Assembly: GCA_963840855.1 (NCBI GenBank)
Contig: CAWJBB010000003.1
Location: forward strand, 43,991-107,990
DNA: 64,000 nt
Source of the DNA: an uncultured delta proteobacterium
Lineage (GTDB): Bacteria > Desulfobacterota > Binatia > UBA9968
Reading direction: 5' to 3'
Below are positions 55,577 to 64,000 of the stretch, piece after piece. The translations under genes were made by a program, and so were the position numbers. The notes beneath the pieces were generated by a model that worked only from the letters and a program-made list of their open reading frames with translations, did no database searches and was not told where the DNA came from. Within the stretch, counting starts at the first letter, position 1; each line of letters begins with the position of its first letter.

Positions 55577-55606
55577 GCGCCAGCGCCGCTGGCGCGCTCT
55601 CGTGCT

Positions 55607-55751
55607 TGTTCAAATCGTTCAAAACGTTCAAGACGTTTAAAACTAAGACTCACCACGAAGGCACGAAGGACGCGAAGAAGAAAATCTGACCACAGAGAGC
55701 ACAAAGTTCACATAGGGCGCGAAGCGCGCAAGATAAAAGCTTCGTGACCTC
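55607..55751. repeat. Left half of the composite repeat interrupted by IS110
   Basis: ttcaaatcgttcaaaacgttcaagacg-tttaaaactaagact-caccacgaaggcacgaaggacgcgaag...cttcgtgacctc. Confidence 0.75.
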
Positions 55752-55802
55752 CTTCGAAAATTTGGTTGGGGGTGGGGTTCAGGCTGCTTTAGCCATGGGT
55801 GA

Positions 55803-57053
55803 CTATTCCACCTCCTGTCCGAGTTCCCGGAGTCTGCGGACATGGTAACGAATACGCTGTTGAGGGTTGAGTTTATCAAAGTAGTCAACACCGAGATCCT
55901 TGTAGGGTTTGTCATCGCGGAGCATAAGATAGACGGTAACCAACAGGCTGTGTTTAACCGCGCCGATCGCACGCTTTTTCCCACGTCGGCCTGCCAGACG
56001 ATGGTACTGCGCTTTGAAATAGCTGTTTTTGGTGCGCACCGCCGCGTGCGCCATCTCGGTAAGCACCGCGTCGATGTGACGGTTGGCAGCGGGGGTTTTG
56101 CCGCTGCGCCGTTTGCCGGCGCTTTCATGATTGCCGGGACACTGGCCCGCCCAAGAGGCGAAGTGCTTGTGGGTAGGAAACCGGCTCATGTCAGTTCCGG
56201 TTTCCGCCAACAGCGCTTGGGCTCCACGTTCCCCCACCCCCGCAACCGCATCAAGCTGCTCTACCGCGGCACGAAACGAAGGGGGCGCTACCGCCCCCAA
56301 CCGCTCGCTTACGCTGGCGATCTCCTTTTCGAGAAAGTCGTATTGTCCAAGCAACTGCCGCAGCAAAAAGCGGTGATGCTCGGTCAGCTCTCCCTCCAAA
56401 GCGCGCTGCAATTCGGGGATCTTGCCGCGCAGCTGGCGCTGGGCCAGATCCGCCAACACTGTAACGTCTTTCTCTCCAGCGATCAGCGCCTCGATCATCT
56501 TGCGTCCCGACGCCCCCATCACATCACTGGCTACCGAGCCCAGCTTAATGTTGGCTGTCTCCAACACCTTCTGGATGCGGTTGTCCACCGCATTTCGCTG
56601 CTGCACCAGCTTGGTCTGTTGACGCGTCAGATCCCGCAGCTCGCGCTGCTGGCGGTCGGGAACAAAACTCGGCCTCAACAGCCCACACTGCAAAAGCTGC
56701 GCGATCCACTCCGCGTCCTTCATATCGGTCTTTCGCCCAGGCACTTTCTTCAGATGCTGGGCGTTGATCAGCAACAGCTTGAAATGGCCTTCGAGCAGGT
56801 TGAACACCGGCTGCCAGTAAATCCCCGTCGACTCCATCGCCACGTGGGTCACCCTCTGCTCGGTCAACCACTGGCGCAGCTCTATCAGATCGGCCGTCAT
56901 CGTGCCGAACTTACGCAGCGTGCTCTGCACCGTGCCATCCTTCGCATTGAGGATACGCACGCACGCCACGATCAGTTTTTTGTGCAGGTCCAACCCGCAC
57001 ACGCGCGCATACAAGGCCTGCAGCCCCGCAGGGCTACTGTTCTTCTTGCTCAT
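55803..57053 (-). CDS. IS110 family transposase/recombinase
   Basis: GLDLHK, AMESTG, RKTDMKDA (DEDD); GVGERGAQALLAETG; WAGQCPGNHESAGK (Tnp-domain Ser); start re-called at 57053 after an AAAGGGGGAG RBS. Confidence 0.96.
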   Translation of the reverse strand: MSKKNSSPAGLQALYARVCGLDLHKKLIVACVRILNAKDGTVQSTLRKFGTMTADLIELRQWLTEQRVTHVAMESTGIYWQPVFNLLEGHFKLLLINAQHLKKVPGRKTDMKDAEWIAQLLQCGLLRPSFVPDRQQRELRDLTRQQTKLVQQRNAVDNRIQKVLETANIKLGSVASDVMGASGRKMIEALIAGEKDVTVLADLAQRQLRGKIPELQRALEGELTEHHRFLLRQLLGQYDFLEKEIASVSERLGAVAPPSFRAAVEQLDAVAGVGERGAQALLAETGTDMSRFPTHKHFASWAGQCPGNHESAGKRRSGKTPAANRHIDAVLTEMAHAAVRTKNSYFKAQYHRLAGRRGKKRAIGAVKHSLLVTVYLMLRDDKPYKDLGVDYFDKLNPQQRIRYHVRRLRELGQEVE

Positions 57054-57064
57054 AGACGCTCCCC

Positions 57065-57298
57065 CTTTCTTGCGGCACACCCAGGGGACATCCGGCATAT
57101 TCGATTCTCCTTCGCGTGCTCTCGTCGGCAGATGACGAGGCGACAATCTGAGGCGCCGAAGGATGTCCTGGATCACACTTCGTGTCGGGCTCTCTCGCGC
57201 CACTCACTTATCGATCTCTTCGCTGGGGCGCCGCTCCCTGCTTACCGCATCTGCCTCCCATTTTCATCTTCTGCGGGCGAGCGTAAGATCATGAATCA
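57065..57298 (-). ncRNA. Candidate bridge RNA in the IS110 non-coding end
   Basis: About 240 nt upstream of the transposase, with stems and the guide-like segments GACACGAAG and TCCTTCG that match the target. Confidence 0.6.
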
Positions 57299-57303
57299 CT
57301 TCG

Positions 57304-57462
57304 TGGTAAAATTCTGATCTCTGTGTTCTCCGTGCCTTTGCGGTGAATAATCTTTTCCTTCGTGTCCTTCGTGGTAAATTTTGTTTGCGCCCTTTGCGCT
57401 CTTTGTGGTTAAATTCTTTCCTACGGTTTGAACGATTTGAACGGCTTGAACTGCTTGAACGG
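57304..57462. repeat. Right half of the composite repeat interrupted by IS110
   Basis: tggtaaaa...ctctgtgttctccgtgcctttgcggtg...cttcgtgtccttcgtggtaaa...ttgaacgatttgaacggcttgaac. Confidence 0.75.
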
Positions 57463-57472
57463 GGTGCGCAAA

Positions 57473-58423
57473 GTGTCTGATCAATTTCTAGTTACCGGCG
57501 GCGCCGGTTTTATCGGTTCCCATTTAGTTCGCAGGCTGCTCGCCGACGGCGGGCGGGTTCGGGTAATCGACAATCTCGCCACCGGCAAACGGGAGCGGCT
57601 ACGCGACCTGGAAGGCGCTATTGAATTCATCGAAGGTGATCTGGCTGATCCATCCACGTGCGAAAACGCTCTTAGCGGCATTGATTGCGTGCTCCATCAA
57701 GCCGCCGTTCCTTCGGTGCAACGCTCCGTCAAAAATCCCATCGAAACCAACAAAGCCAATATAACGAGCACACTCAATTTGCTCGAAGGCTGTCGCAATC
57801 ATCGAGTTCGCCGCTTCGTGTACGCCTCGTCGTCGTCGGCCTATGGCGATACCCCCGTGCTACCAAACGCGAAGACATGCCGCCAAATCCATTATCGCCC
57901 TATGCGCTCCAGAAGTTTGTCGGCGAACGCTACTGCCAGCTGTATTTCCGTCTTTACGGCTTGGAAACGGTAAGCCTGCGCTATTTTAACATTTTTGGCC
58001 CGAGCCAAGACCCCTATTCCGAATATTCCGCGGTGATTCCGAAATTCGCTACCCGATTGCAACGAGGAGAATCGATCGTCGTCTACGGCGACGGGGAGCA
58101 ATCGCGGGACTTCACCTACGTCGACAACGTGGTCGAGGCTAACATCCTCGCGCTACGCGCGCCGCGCGCCGCAGGCTCTGTTATCAACGTCGGTTGCGGC
58201 GAACGGATCACGCTCAACCGGCTCATCAAAATCCTCGAAGAAATCCTGGAAGTGCAAGCCACGGTCGATTACCAGCCGGCGCGCCCGGGCGACGTGCGCG
58301 ACTCCCTCGCTGATATCAGCCTCGCCCAAGATTTATTAGGGTACCAACCAAAAGTAACGGTAGCGGAAGGATCTACGGCGCACCGTCACCTGGTTCGCCT
58401 CCAACGCTGACGCGCAAAAATGA
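57473..58423 (+). CDS. NAD-dependent NDP-sugar 4-epimerase, WbpP-like (frameshifts near 57865 and 58370)
   Basis: TGGAGFIGS, HQAAVPSV, ASSSSAYG; PLSPYALQK, RYFNIFGPSQDP...AVIPKF, SRDFTYV, GDVRDS. Confidence 0.9.
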
Positions 58424-58703
58424 CCGCGTTGCGCGGGTTCCAGTCGTTCAAAGAGAGGACTCCCACGAGAGCAAAGCTACGAAGGTATCTTGTGAAATTC
58501 TCCGAATTTACTTTGTGCTCTTTTTGGTCAAATCTACGAGAGTTCTCCTCATCTTCATCCTCGCAGCAATCTGCGAGGTACTCCGCGCCTGCAGAATAAA
58601 TGATAGCAGACCGTGGACGTCCGTCCGGCCGGTCGGTGAACTTCATGGTAAAAGGTCATTTAAATTGGATCTCACCGCTGAGACACGGCGAGCGCCAGTG
58701 GAC

Positions 58704-58737
58704 AAAAAAAAGCGCCGGGTAGAAAAACCCGGCGCTT
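58704..58737. terminator. Intrinsic terminator downstream of the PEP-CTERM-like gene
   Basis: AAAAAAAA-GCGCCGGGT-agaaaa-ACCCGGCGC-TT. Confidence 0.75.
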
Positions 58738-58790
58738 CATTGACCCAGACGAGAAATCCCGGCTGCAGTTATTAGAGGGCCAAACCCTTA

Positions 58791-58848
58791 CTTAGCATGA
58801 ACGGAAATTACTCCGTTCGCCCTGAGCCTGGTCGAAGGGAGAACGGAG
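58791..58848. repeat. CCGTTCGCCCTGAGC..GTCGAAGGG-type repeat
   Basis: A reverse-complement relative lies at 62488-62511 (cttcgacgggctcagcatgaacgg). Confidence 0.6.
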
Positions 58849-58871
58849 TTTTTTTAAAAGCGCCCTAGCGA

Positions 58872-59527
58872 TTATTTACGGGGGCCAAACTTGCGCGCAA
58901 CACCACTCAACAATACCAACCCACCGCCAAGGAGCATAAATGTGGCTGGAGCATCAAGTGGGGTAGCAGCAGAAGAGATAGAGGTGTTATTGCCAGTGAT
59001 ACTACCCTCTGCGTTATTGTAACTGGCGCCAATGTGGCCAAAGGAAATCGGGTTGCTCGAACTAAACGTCCAGCCCCACGTAAGTTCTCCGCCCACCGGA
59101 GCCGAGGTAAGTCGCATTGGCGTCCTTGTACATAATGAAAACCCGCCGGCGGCTGCCGCAATTGGTCGCTCCTTGGCCGTTATTGAAAAAACTCTGCCAG
59201 TTTTGCGGCTCCCCCCGGCGCAGTTACGAGTGAATAGGTGCTTACGTTAATTAAGCGATTGACTACCTTGATATCGACCGAATCAATATAGGCACCCGGA
59301 CCAGAATTGTAACCTGTTGTATTAATAATCAGGGTCGCCCCATAGGTTGTATTTGTCGCATCGTTGGCATCATCGATGATGAGGGTATACGTGGAGCCAA
59401 AACAATTCGCGCTCGCGCTACCGCAGTCCCCAACGAAATTGTAAAGCGGGGTAGCCGGTGCGCTATTTGGCGCACTCAAAACGGCGAATACCATCAGTAT
59501 CATGCTGACTTTAAAGAGTTTATTCAT
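58872..59527 (-). CDS. Secreted PEP-CTERM-like sorting-domain protein (frameshift near 59200)
   Basis: Signal peptide MNKLFKVSMILMVFAVLSAPNSAPA; Thr/Ser/Gly/Asn-rich body; C-terminus TPLDAPATFMLLGGGLVLLSGVARKFGPRK; next to the exosortase. Confidence 0.78.
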
Positions 59528-59614
59528 TGTCTCCTTTATTCTCAAACCGGCTGTAATCTGGGTTTTTGCGGCAGGCAGTATATCCAGAAGTTCCCAGCTC
59601 AGTTCTAGTTTTAA

Positions 59615-59630
59615 AGCAATTCCGGGACCA
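59615..59630 (-). promoter_or_regulatory. Sigma-54 promoter of the PEP-CTERM-like gene
   Basis: TGGTCCCGGAATTGCT (GG-N10-GC) with an AT-rich upstream region. Confidence 0.65.
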
Positions 59631-59823
59631 ACGATTTAGCTTTTGCAACTTGTTGAACTATAAGTATTTTTTAGATCATCATACGAATTTCAAAAGACAT
59701 ATCTCATAACTGTTAGAAAATCCGGCGGGTCAAATTTTTTATGACCATGCGTTCCTCCAGGAAAATTAAGAACCCGTCAACTTATTAATGACTTAGCTTG
59801 GCTTTAGTCAGATAAATGAAATA

Positions 59824-59840
59824 TGTAAAGAAATCCGACG
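59824..59840. promoter_or_regulatory. Candidate PrsR enhancer site
   Basis: TGTAAAGAAATCCGACG; weaker copy TGTTAGAAAATCCGGCG at 59711-59727. Confidence 0.5.
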
Positions 59841-60033
59841 CGTCCTTGATTCAAATTTACTGCCTAACACCAAGTTTTTCTCTCAAGTACGGTGGCTTAA
59901 TGCCCACATCAGTCGTAACTGCCTAAGATTTCCCTCGTGCCTCCGTAGAAGAGCTTGCTGGTCCGTACCATCTCCGGAAATCGTTCGACTTAAGCGCGCC
60001 TTTCATTATTTCGATTTCCTCCTCAAGCGAAAA

Positions 60034-60465
60034 TTAATAGTGAGCACGGCGCAGGGCTATCTTAAGTTCTTCCAGATTATAGGGTTTGGAAAAGAAATCG
60101 CACGCGCCATTAGCGAGTGCGTTCCGGCGATACTCCCGTTCCGCGCGACCCGTAACTACAACTATCTTGGCAGTGGAATCGATGTCGAGAATTGCGCCGA
60201 GCGCCAGAAATCCCTCCTCCACGCCCTGCGGAGCAGGCGGCAAACCAAGGTCCAGCGTAACCAGCGCCGGCCGCTCCTTTCGGAACACCTCCAGGGCAGT
60301 CTCTCGATCCTCTGCCTCACAAACTTCGTATTCTTCGGCCAGCGCCCAGCTCATTTGCGTGCGCAGTGTGTCATCGTCTTCGACAATGAGCAGCTTGGGC
60401 TTTCTCGGCGCCTGCGCCCCGATGGGATTGAAGCCGCCAGGGAAACGGGTTAAGTGATCGGCCAT
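60034..60465 (-). CDS. Truncated PrsR paralog (receiver domain only)
   Basis: [10 protein letters not shown]...VTLDLGLPPAPQGVEEG...FFSKPY...LRRAHY*, closely similar to the prsR receiver at ~63530-63960. Confidence 0.75.
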   Translation of the reverse strand: MADHLTRFPGGFNPIGAQAPRKPKLLIVEDDDTLRTQMSWALAEEYEVCEAEDRETALEVFRKERPALVTLDLGLPPAPQGVEEGFLALGAILDIDSTAKIVVVTGRAEREYRRNALANGACDFFSKPYNLEELKIALRRAHY

Positions 60466-60516
60466 ACAATTATCTTTCCCGACTATCCAACGAAAACGTT
60501 GAAAAGAATTCGGATA

Positions 60517-60682
60517 TCTCACCGCTGAGACGCTGAGTACGCGGAGGGGGGAGGGGAGTATAGAAAAAAACTCTGCGAACTGTGGTGATCCCCCTCCTTC
60601 ATTCCCCACACGCGGGGCGGTGCGAGGTAGGGGCTCGGAGTGGAAAAAATTCGCAATCCGCAATTCGAAATCCGAAATTTTA
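60517..60682. repeat. Composite intergenic repeat copy with an added GC hairpin
   Basis: tctcaccgctgagacgctgagtacgcggag...cccctccttcattccccacacgcggggcggtgcgaggtagggg...aaaaattcgcaatccgcaattcgaaatccgaaatttt. Confidence 0.65.
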
Positions 60683-60688
60683 GTTGGC

Positions 60689-62275
60689 TTATTTCTCTTC
60701 AATCAGGGCTTGAGTTAGAGCAACGTGACGCAAGAAATTTCCAAGAGTTTCGGCAGCCTCGCGCAGGTTACCATTCTCCACGTCTACGGCGAGGGCGATG
60801 AAGGCCGAGCCTTTTTGTTCCCTGAGGAGACGGCTCTTTAGCTCCAAGAGTTTGGCGAAATAAGGATTCGACGTGTATTTTCCACCCACCCAATACCAGC
60901 TCCATACAAGCCTGGTTCGGTCGTTTGCCCGCAGAACGACCCGATCCACCGATAAGGACTCGCCGTCAACCAACGCCTCCGCCGATCCTGCGCTCACCGC
61001 GCGCCAGCTTTTTTCGTTGGTAAGAACGTTCCCGCCACCGATGAGTTCCGCACCTTGTCGCTGATGGGGGCGGTAGTACGCAATAAACAGGTGCACTCTT
61101 TGCCGACCCGCTATGTAACTTCTCGACAGTTCCCCATCTGCGCCAATAAAACGTGGCTTCCACTTGGCATCGTGTTGATCCAGGGCCTGCCAAGGCTGCG
61201 TAACGCCGGGAGCTGAAATCGTTGGGTTCGCAAAAATGGTCTGCGGCAGCAATAGGCTATGCGCGGCGAGCGGGGCTAACCCCAATAGCACTACTGCGCC
61301 GAGGGCTGTTAAAGCCATGGCCTTCAGCGAACCCGCATGAATTGCTTGAGCTTTGACTACTTCAGCTGCGGCATCGATTTTTGTTTCGACTTCAACGTGC
61401 TCGCGCCAACGCAGCCCGACGCAGAACAACAAAAATATGACGACCGAAAAAAAGATCCAACCGGCGATGAGGTGATCCACACCCACTGCGAGGCGATTTT
61501 CTGTCAAATGCGCCAGCATAACAATTCCATAGGCTCGGACACCATTGGCAGCTATCGCGCCGAAGAAGCAGACGAGAATGAACGCCAGGCGTCGTCTCCA
61601 TGAATGATAGGTAAAATAAGAAAACAGGCATCCCAGTATGACGGACGGGATCACGTAACGTACCCCGGCGCACGCCTCCGCGACTTCCCACACGCCGGAT
61701 GGAATCACGATCGTCCAACCGTCACGGTAAACCGGGATCCGGGTTAGCTGCAGGGCTTTTACCGTAAAAAACGCGGTATAATCCTGCAGAGGCCGTACCA
61801 GGTCCTCTCCAAACGGTACGGCGAAAAACAGAAAACCGAGTGGAAAAAGCAGAACACGAGTTACCGGCCACCCCGCGACCGTGAAAACCAGCAGCTGCAA
61901 CATGGCCGCCACCGCCGCCTGCTGAACCACCTGTACAGAAGCCAGCTGACCGAGTAACCACATAATACCGAGCAGGAACAGAATGGTTAGACCCCAATAA
62001 TTTGGCGACGGCACCAGCGAGATGATTTGACGGCGCCGGCTCCAGATCAAATAAATTACATGGGAGCAACCAAGAAACCGTGGGAGAATGTTTCTGATCC
62101 CCTCCATACCTCGACGGCGGCAATGACCGCGTCCCAAAAACAATATAGGACAGACGAGCCATGAAGCACCGAGAATTGCCAGTGCTTGGCGCCAAGCACG
62201 GAAAAGCGCAATTTCCGTAGCATTTCCAGCCGAATGGCGCTGGCAGCGCACATCAGATTTAAAAAGGGTGTTCAT
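60689..62275 (-). CDS. xrtA: Exosortase A with C-terminal EpsI domain (two compensating frameshifts near the N-terminus)
   Basis: VAEACAGVRY (Cys), NGVR (Arg), VDH (His); W....TFSHGFLV appears in alternate frame 62056-62253; EpsI features QRQGAELI and WSWYWVGG. Confidence 0.88.
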   Translation of the reverse strand: MNTLFKSDVRCQRHSAGNATEIALFRAWRQALAILGASWLVCPILFLGRGHCRRRGMEGIRNILPRFLGCSHVIYLIWSRRRQIISLVPSPNYWGLTILFLLGIMWLLGQLASVQVVQQAAVAAMLQLLVFTVAGWPVTRVLLFPLGFLFFAVPFGEDLVRPLQDYTAFFTVKALQLTRIPVYRDGWTIVIPSGVWEVAEACAGVRYVIPSVILGCLFSYFTYHSWRRRLAFILVCFFGAIAANGVRAYGIVMLAHLTENRLAVGVDHLIAGWIFFSVVIFLLFCVGLRWREHVEVETKIDAAAEVVKAQAIHAGSLKAMALTALGAVVLLGLAPLAAHSLLLPQTIFANPTISAPGVTQPWQALDQHDAKWKPRFIGADGELSRSYIAGRQRVHLFIAYYRPHQRQGAELIGGGNVLTNEKSWRAVSAGSAEALVDGESLSVDRVVLRANDRTRLVWSWYWVGGKYTSNPYFAKLLELKSRLLREQKGSAFIALAVDVENGNLREAAETLGNFLRHVALTQALIEEK

Positions 62276-62566
62276 CAACCGCAAATAACAAATTTTACCC
62301 TTTTCGCGGGCAATGTGGCAACCACAGGGGACACAGCCAGGCGCTCGAAGCCGGAGCGTCCTGTTGGGGGACCAGCCAATGGCAGTGGTAGCGAGTAGAT
62401 TTTTAGGGAGAGAATTACAGATCCGACTGATGAGGTGGTGGGGAGTATTGTTGAGCTAGCAGGGTGATGAAAAAGAGGAATTCCATGCTTCGACGGGCTC
62501 AGCATGAACGGGAATTTATGAGTGAATCCCGCGCGACTGGCGTAAGGCTTTCCGACGCTCCGTTGG

Positions 62567-63962
62567 TCATCGTGTGATTCCTAGTTTTTCCATGAGATCA
62601 TAAAGCGTCGGGCGGCTGATACCTAGATCGGTCGCGACCCGTGTAAGATTTCCCGCGTGCTTACGCAATGCTCCCTCAACCAGGACTCTTTCGACGCGTT
62701 CACGTGCTTCGCGGAGCGTCAGACCAACCGGCTTAAGCTCGAGATCCTGCGGTGTGACCCACGGGCCTTCGGACATGATTACCGCGCGCTTTACTCGATT
62801 TTCCAGTTCCCGCACATTTCCCGGCCAAGGGTGAGTGCGCATAACGTTTCGAGCTTCCTCCGTGAATCCTTTGACCGCCTTCGCGGCTTCGACAGCGCTT
62901 CGATCAAGCAGGGCCTTGGCCAGTAGCAAGACATCTTCTCCTCTTTCTCGAAGCGCTGGTAGCACGACAGTCACCACGCTGAGTCGAAAGTACAAATCCT
63001 CGCGGAAGCGGCCTTCTACTAAAGCGCTCGGTAAATCGCGATTTGTAGCCGTTAGGACGCGGGTATCAATTGCAATCGGCTCCCTTCCGCCAATTCGTTC
63101 AATTTGGCGCTCCTGAAGGAAGCGGAGGAGTTTCACCTGAAGCGACGGTGGCAGGTCCCCGATCTCATCTAGGAACAACGTTCCTCCTTGGGCTAGCTCA
63201 ATCCGGCCCTTTCTTTGGATATGCGCGCCCGTGAAAGCGCCTTTTTCATGACCGAAGAGCTCGCTTTCCAGAAGGTTTTCAGGGATAGCTCCACAATTGA
63301 TCGCCACGAACGGACCGGCCCTTCTGTTGCTTTCCTGATGAATCGCCCTGGCTGCCAACTCCTTCCCCGTCCCGCTTTCGCCCAAAATCAAAACAGCAAC
63401 ATCCGTGGTTGCCACCTTGCGAATCATCTCGAACACATCCTGCATTGGCCGGCTCGTACCCAGCATCTCTGAAAACGACTCGCCCCGTGGTACGTCTCTC
63501 AAGATTTCGATGCTCCCCTTCGAGCGTGAATAAATACTGAGCGCGGCGCAGGACCATCTTTAGCTCATCGAGATCATAAGGCTTGGAAAAGAAGTCGTAA
63601 GCCCCGTTGGCGACTGCGTTACGGCCATTCTCCCGTTCTGCCCGACCCGTAACGACAATTATCTTGACGGTGGAATCGATATCGAGAATCGCGCCAAGCG
63701 CGCCAAATCCCTCCTCCACGCCATGAGCAGCGGGGGTCAGGCCGAGATCGAGCGTGACCAGCGCCGGCCGCTCCTTTTGGAAAATCTCCAGGCAGTCTTT
63801 CGATCTCCCGCCTGACAAACTTCGTAGTCATCGGCCAATGCCCATCTCATCTGCATGCGCATCGGCTCATCGTCTTCGACGATGAGTAGCTTGGGTTTTC
63901 TTGGTGACGGCGCGGCTAGCTGGCTCAAATCGGTCGGGGATAAGGGTTAAGCGCTTGGACAT
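62567..63962 (-). CDS. prsR: PEP-CTERM-box response regulator PrsR (about three frameshifts)
   Basis: [51 protein letters not shown] across ORFs 63737-63928, 63279-63818 and 62567-63502. Confidence 0.88.
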
Positions 63963-64000
63963 AAAGTTATCCTTTCTGAGTATCGGATGACGAAGGTGAA

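Larger units (their letters stand above)
55752..57303 (-). mobile_element. IS110-family insertion sequence
   Basis: DEDD transposase; no terminal inverted repeats; CTTCG at both junctions (55752-55756 and 57299-57303); removing the element restores a CTTCGTGacctcCTTCGTGGTAAA repeat. Confidence 0.88.

Noticed and set aside
55842-57317. 491-aa plus-strand ORF spanning the IS110
   Set aside because: Antisense shadow of the transposase; no recognisable domain
50088-57462. Short tandem arrays as a CRISPR array
   Set aside because: Units are 7-9 nt and degenerate with no unique spacers, and no cas genes are present
60466-60702. ORF extensions through repeats (also 50045-50182, 31823-31951, 57428-57472)
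   Set aside because: Translated repeat DNA (e.g. WNDWNDLN, FELRIANF); better starts lie downstream
62275-62505. 76-aa ORF between prsR and xrtA
   Set aside because: Starts inside a repeat; no RBS or recognisable features

Overview
GC-rich bacterial chromosome segment. The gene content and order (ilvC-psd-pssA-leuA, sigma-54 flagellar cascade, PrsR/exosortase) suggest a deltaproteobacteria-like or Binatia-like organism; this is inference only. From left to right: (1) 1-18.4 kb is a minus-strand flagellar region with a FleQ-like activator, a FleS/FleR-like pair, flgBC-fliEFGHIJK-flgD and two tandem flgE genes. It is followed by a sigma-28 promoter, an internally deleted cheY and an RsbW/STAS/REC-PP2C partner-switching triad. 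(2) 18.5-28 kb holds an M16 peptidase pair, UbiD, DUF4126, ChdC/HemQ, an SDR, a cupin and a three-gene thiocyanate-hydrolase-like (split-beta nitrile hydratase) cluster directly behind pckG. (3) 28-52 kb is mostly housekeeping: truB, pgsA, hflX, dnaE, guaBA, truA, asd, leuAB, pssA, psd and ilvC. (4) 52.6-64 kb is a surface polysaccharide/PEP-CTERM locus with rfbA/C/B, a WbpP-like epimerase, an atypical PEP-CTERM-like protein, exosortase-EpsI, prsR and a truncated prsR copy. The best finding is an IS110 element (55752-57303) inserted into a modular intergenic repeat. Its non-coding end contains a loop with two guide-like segments that match that repeat on both sides of the shared CTTCG core, which is a candidate repeat-targeting bridge RNA. 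Many intergenic gaps carry short-period (7/8/9-nt) inverted repeat modules. About ten genes, including dnaE, have single-base frameshifts that are probably long-read errors.
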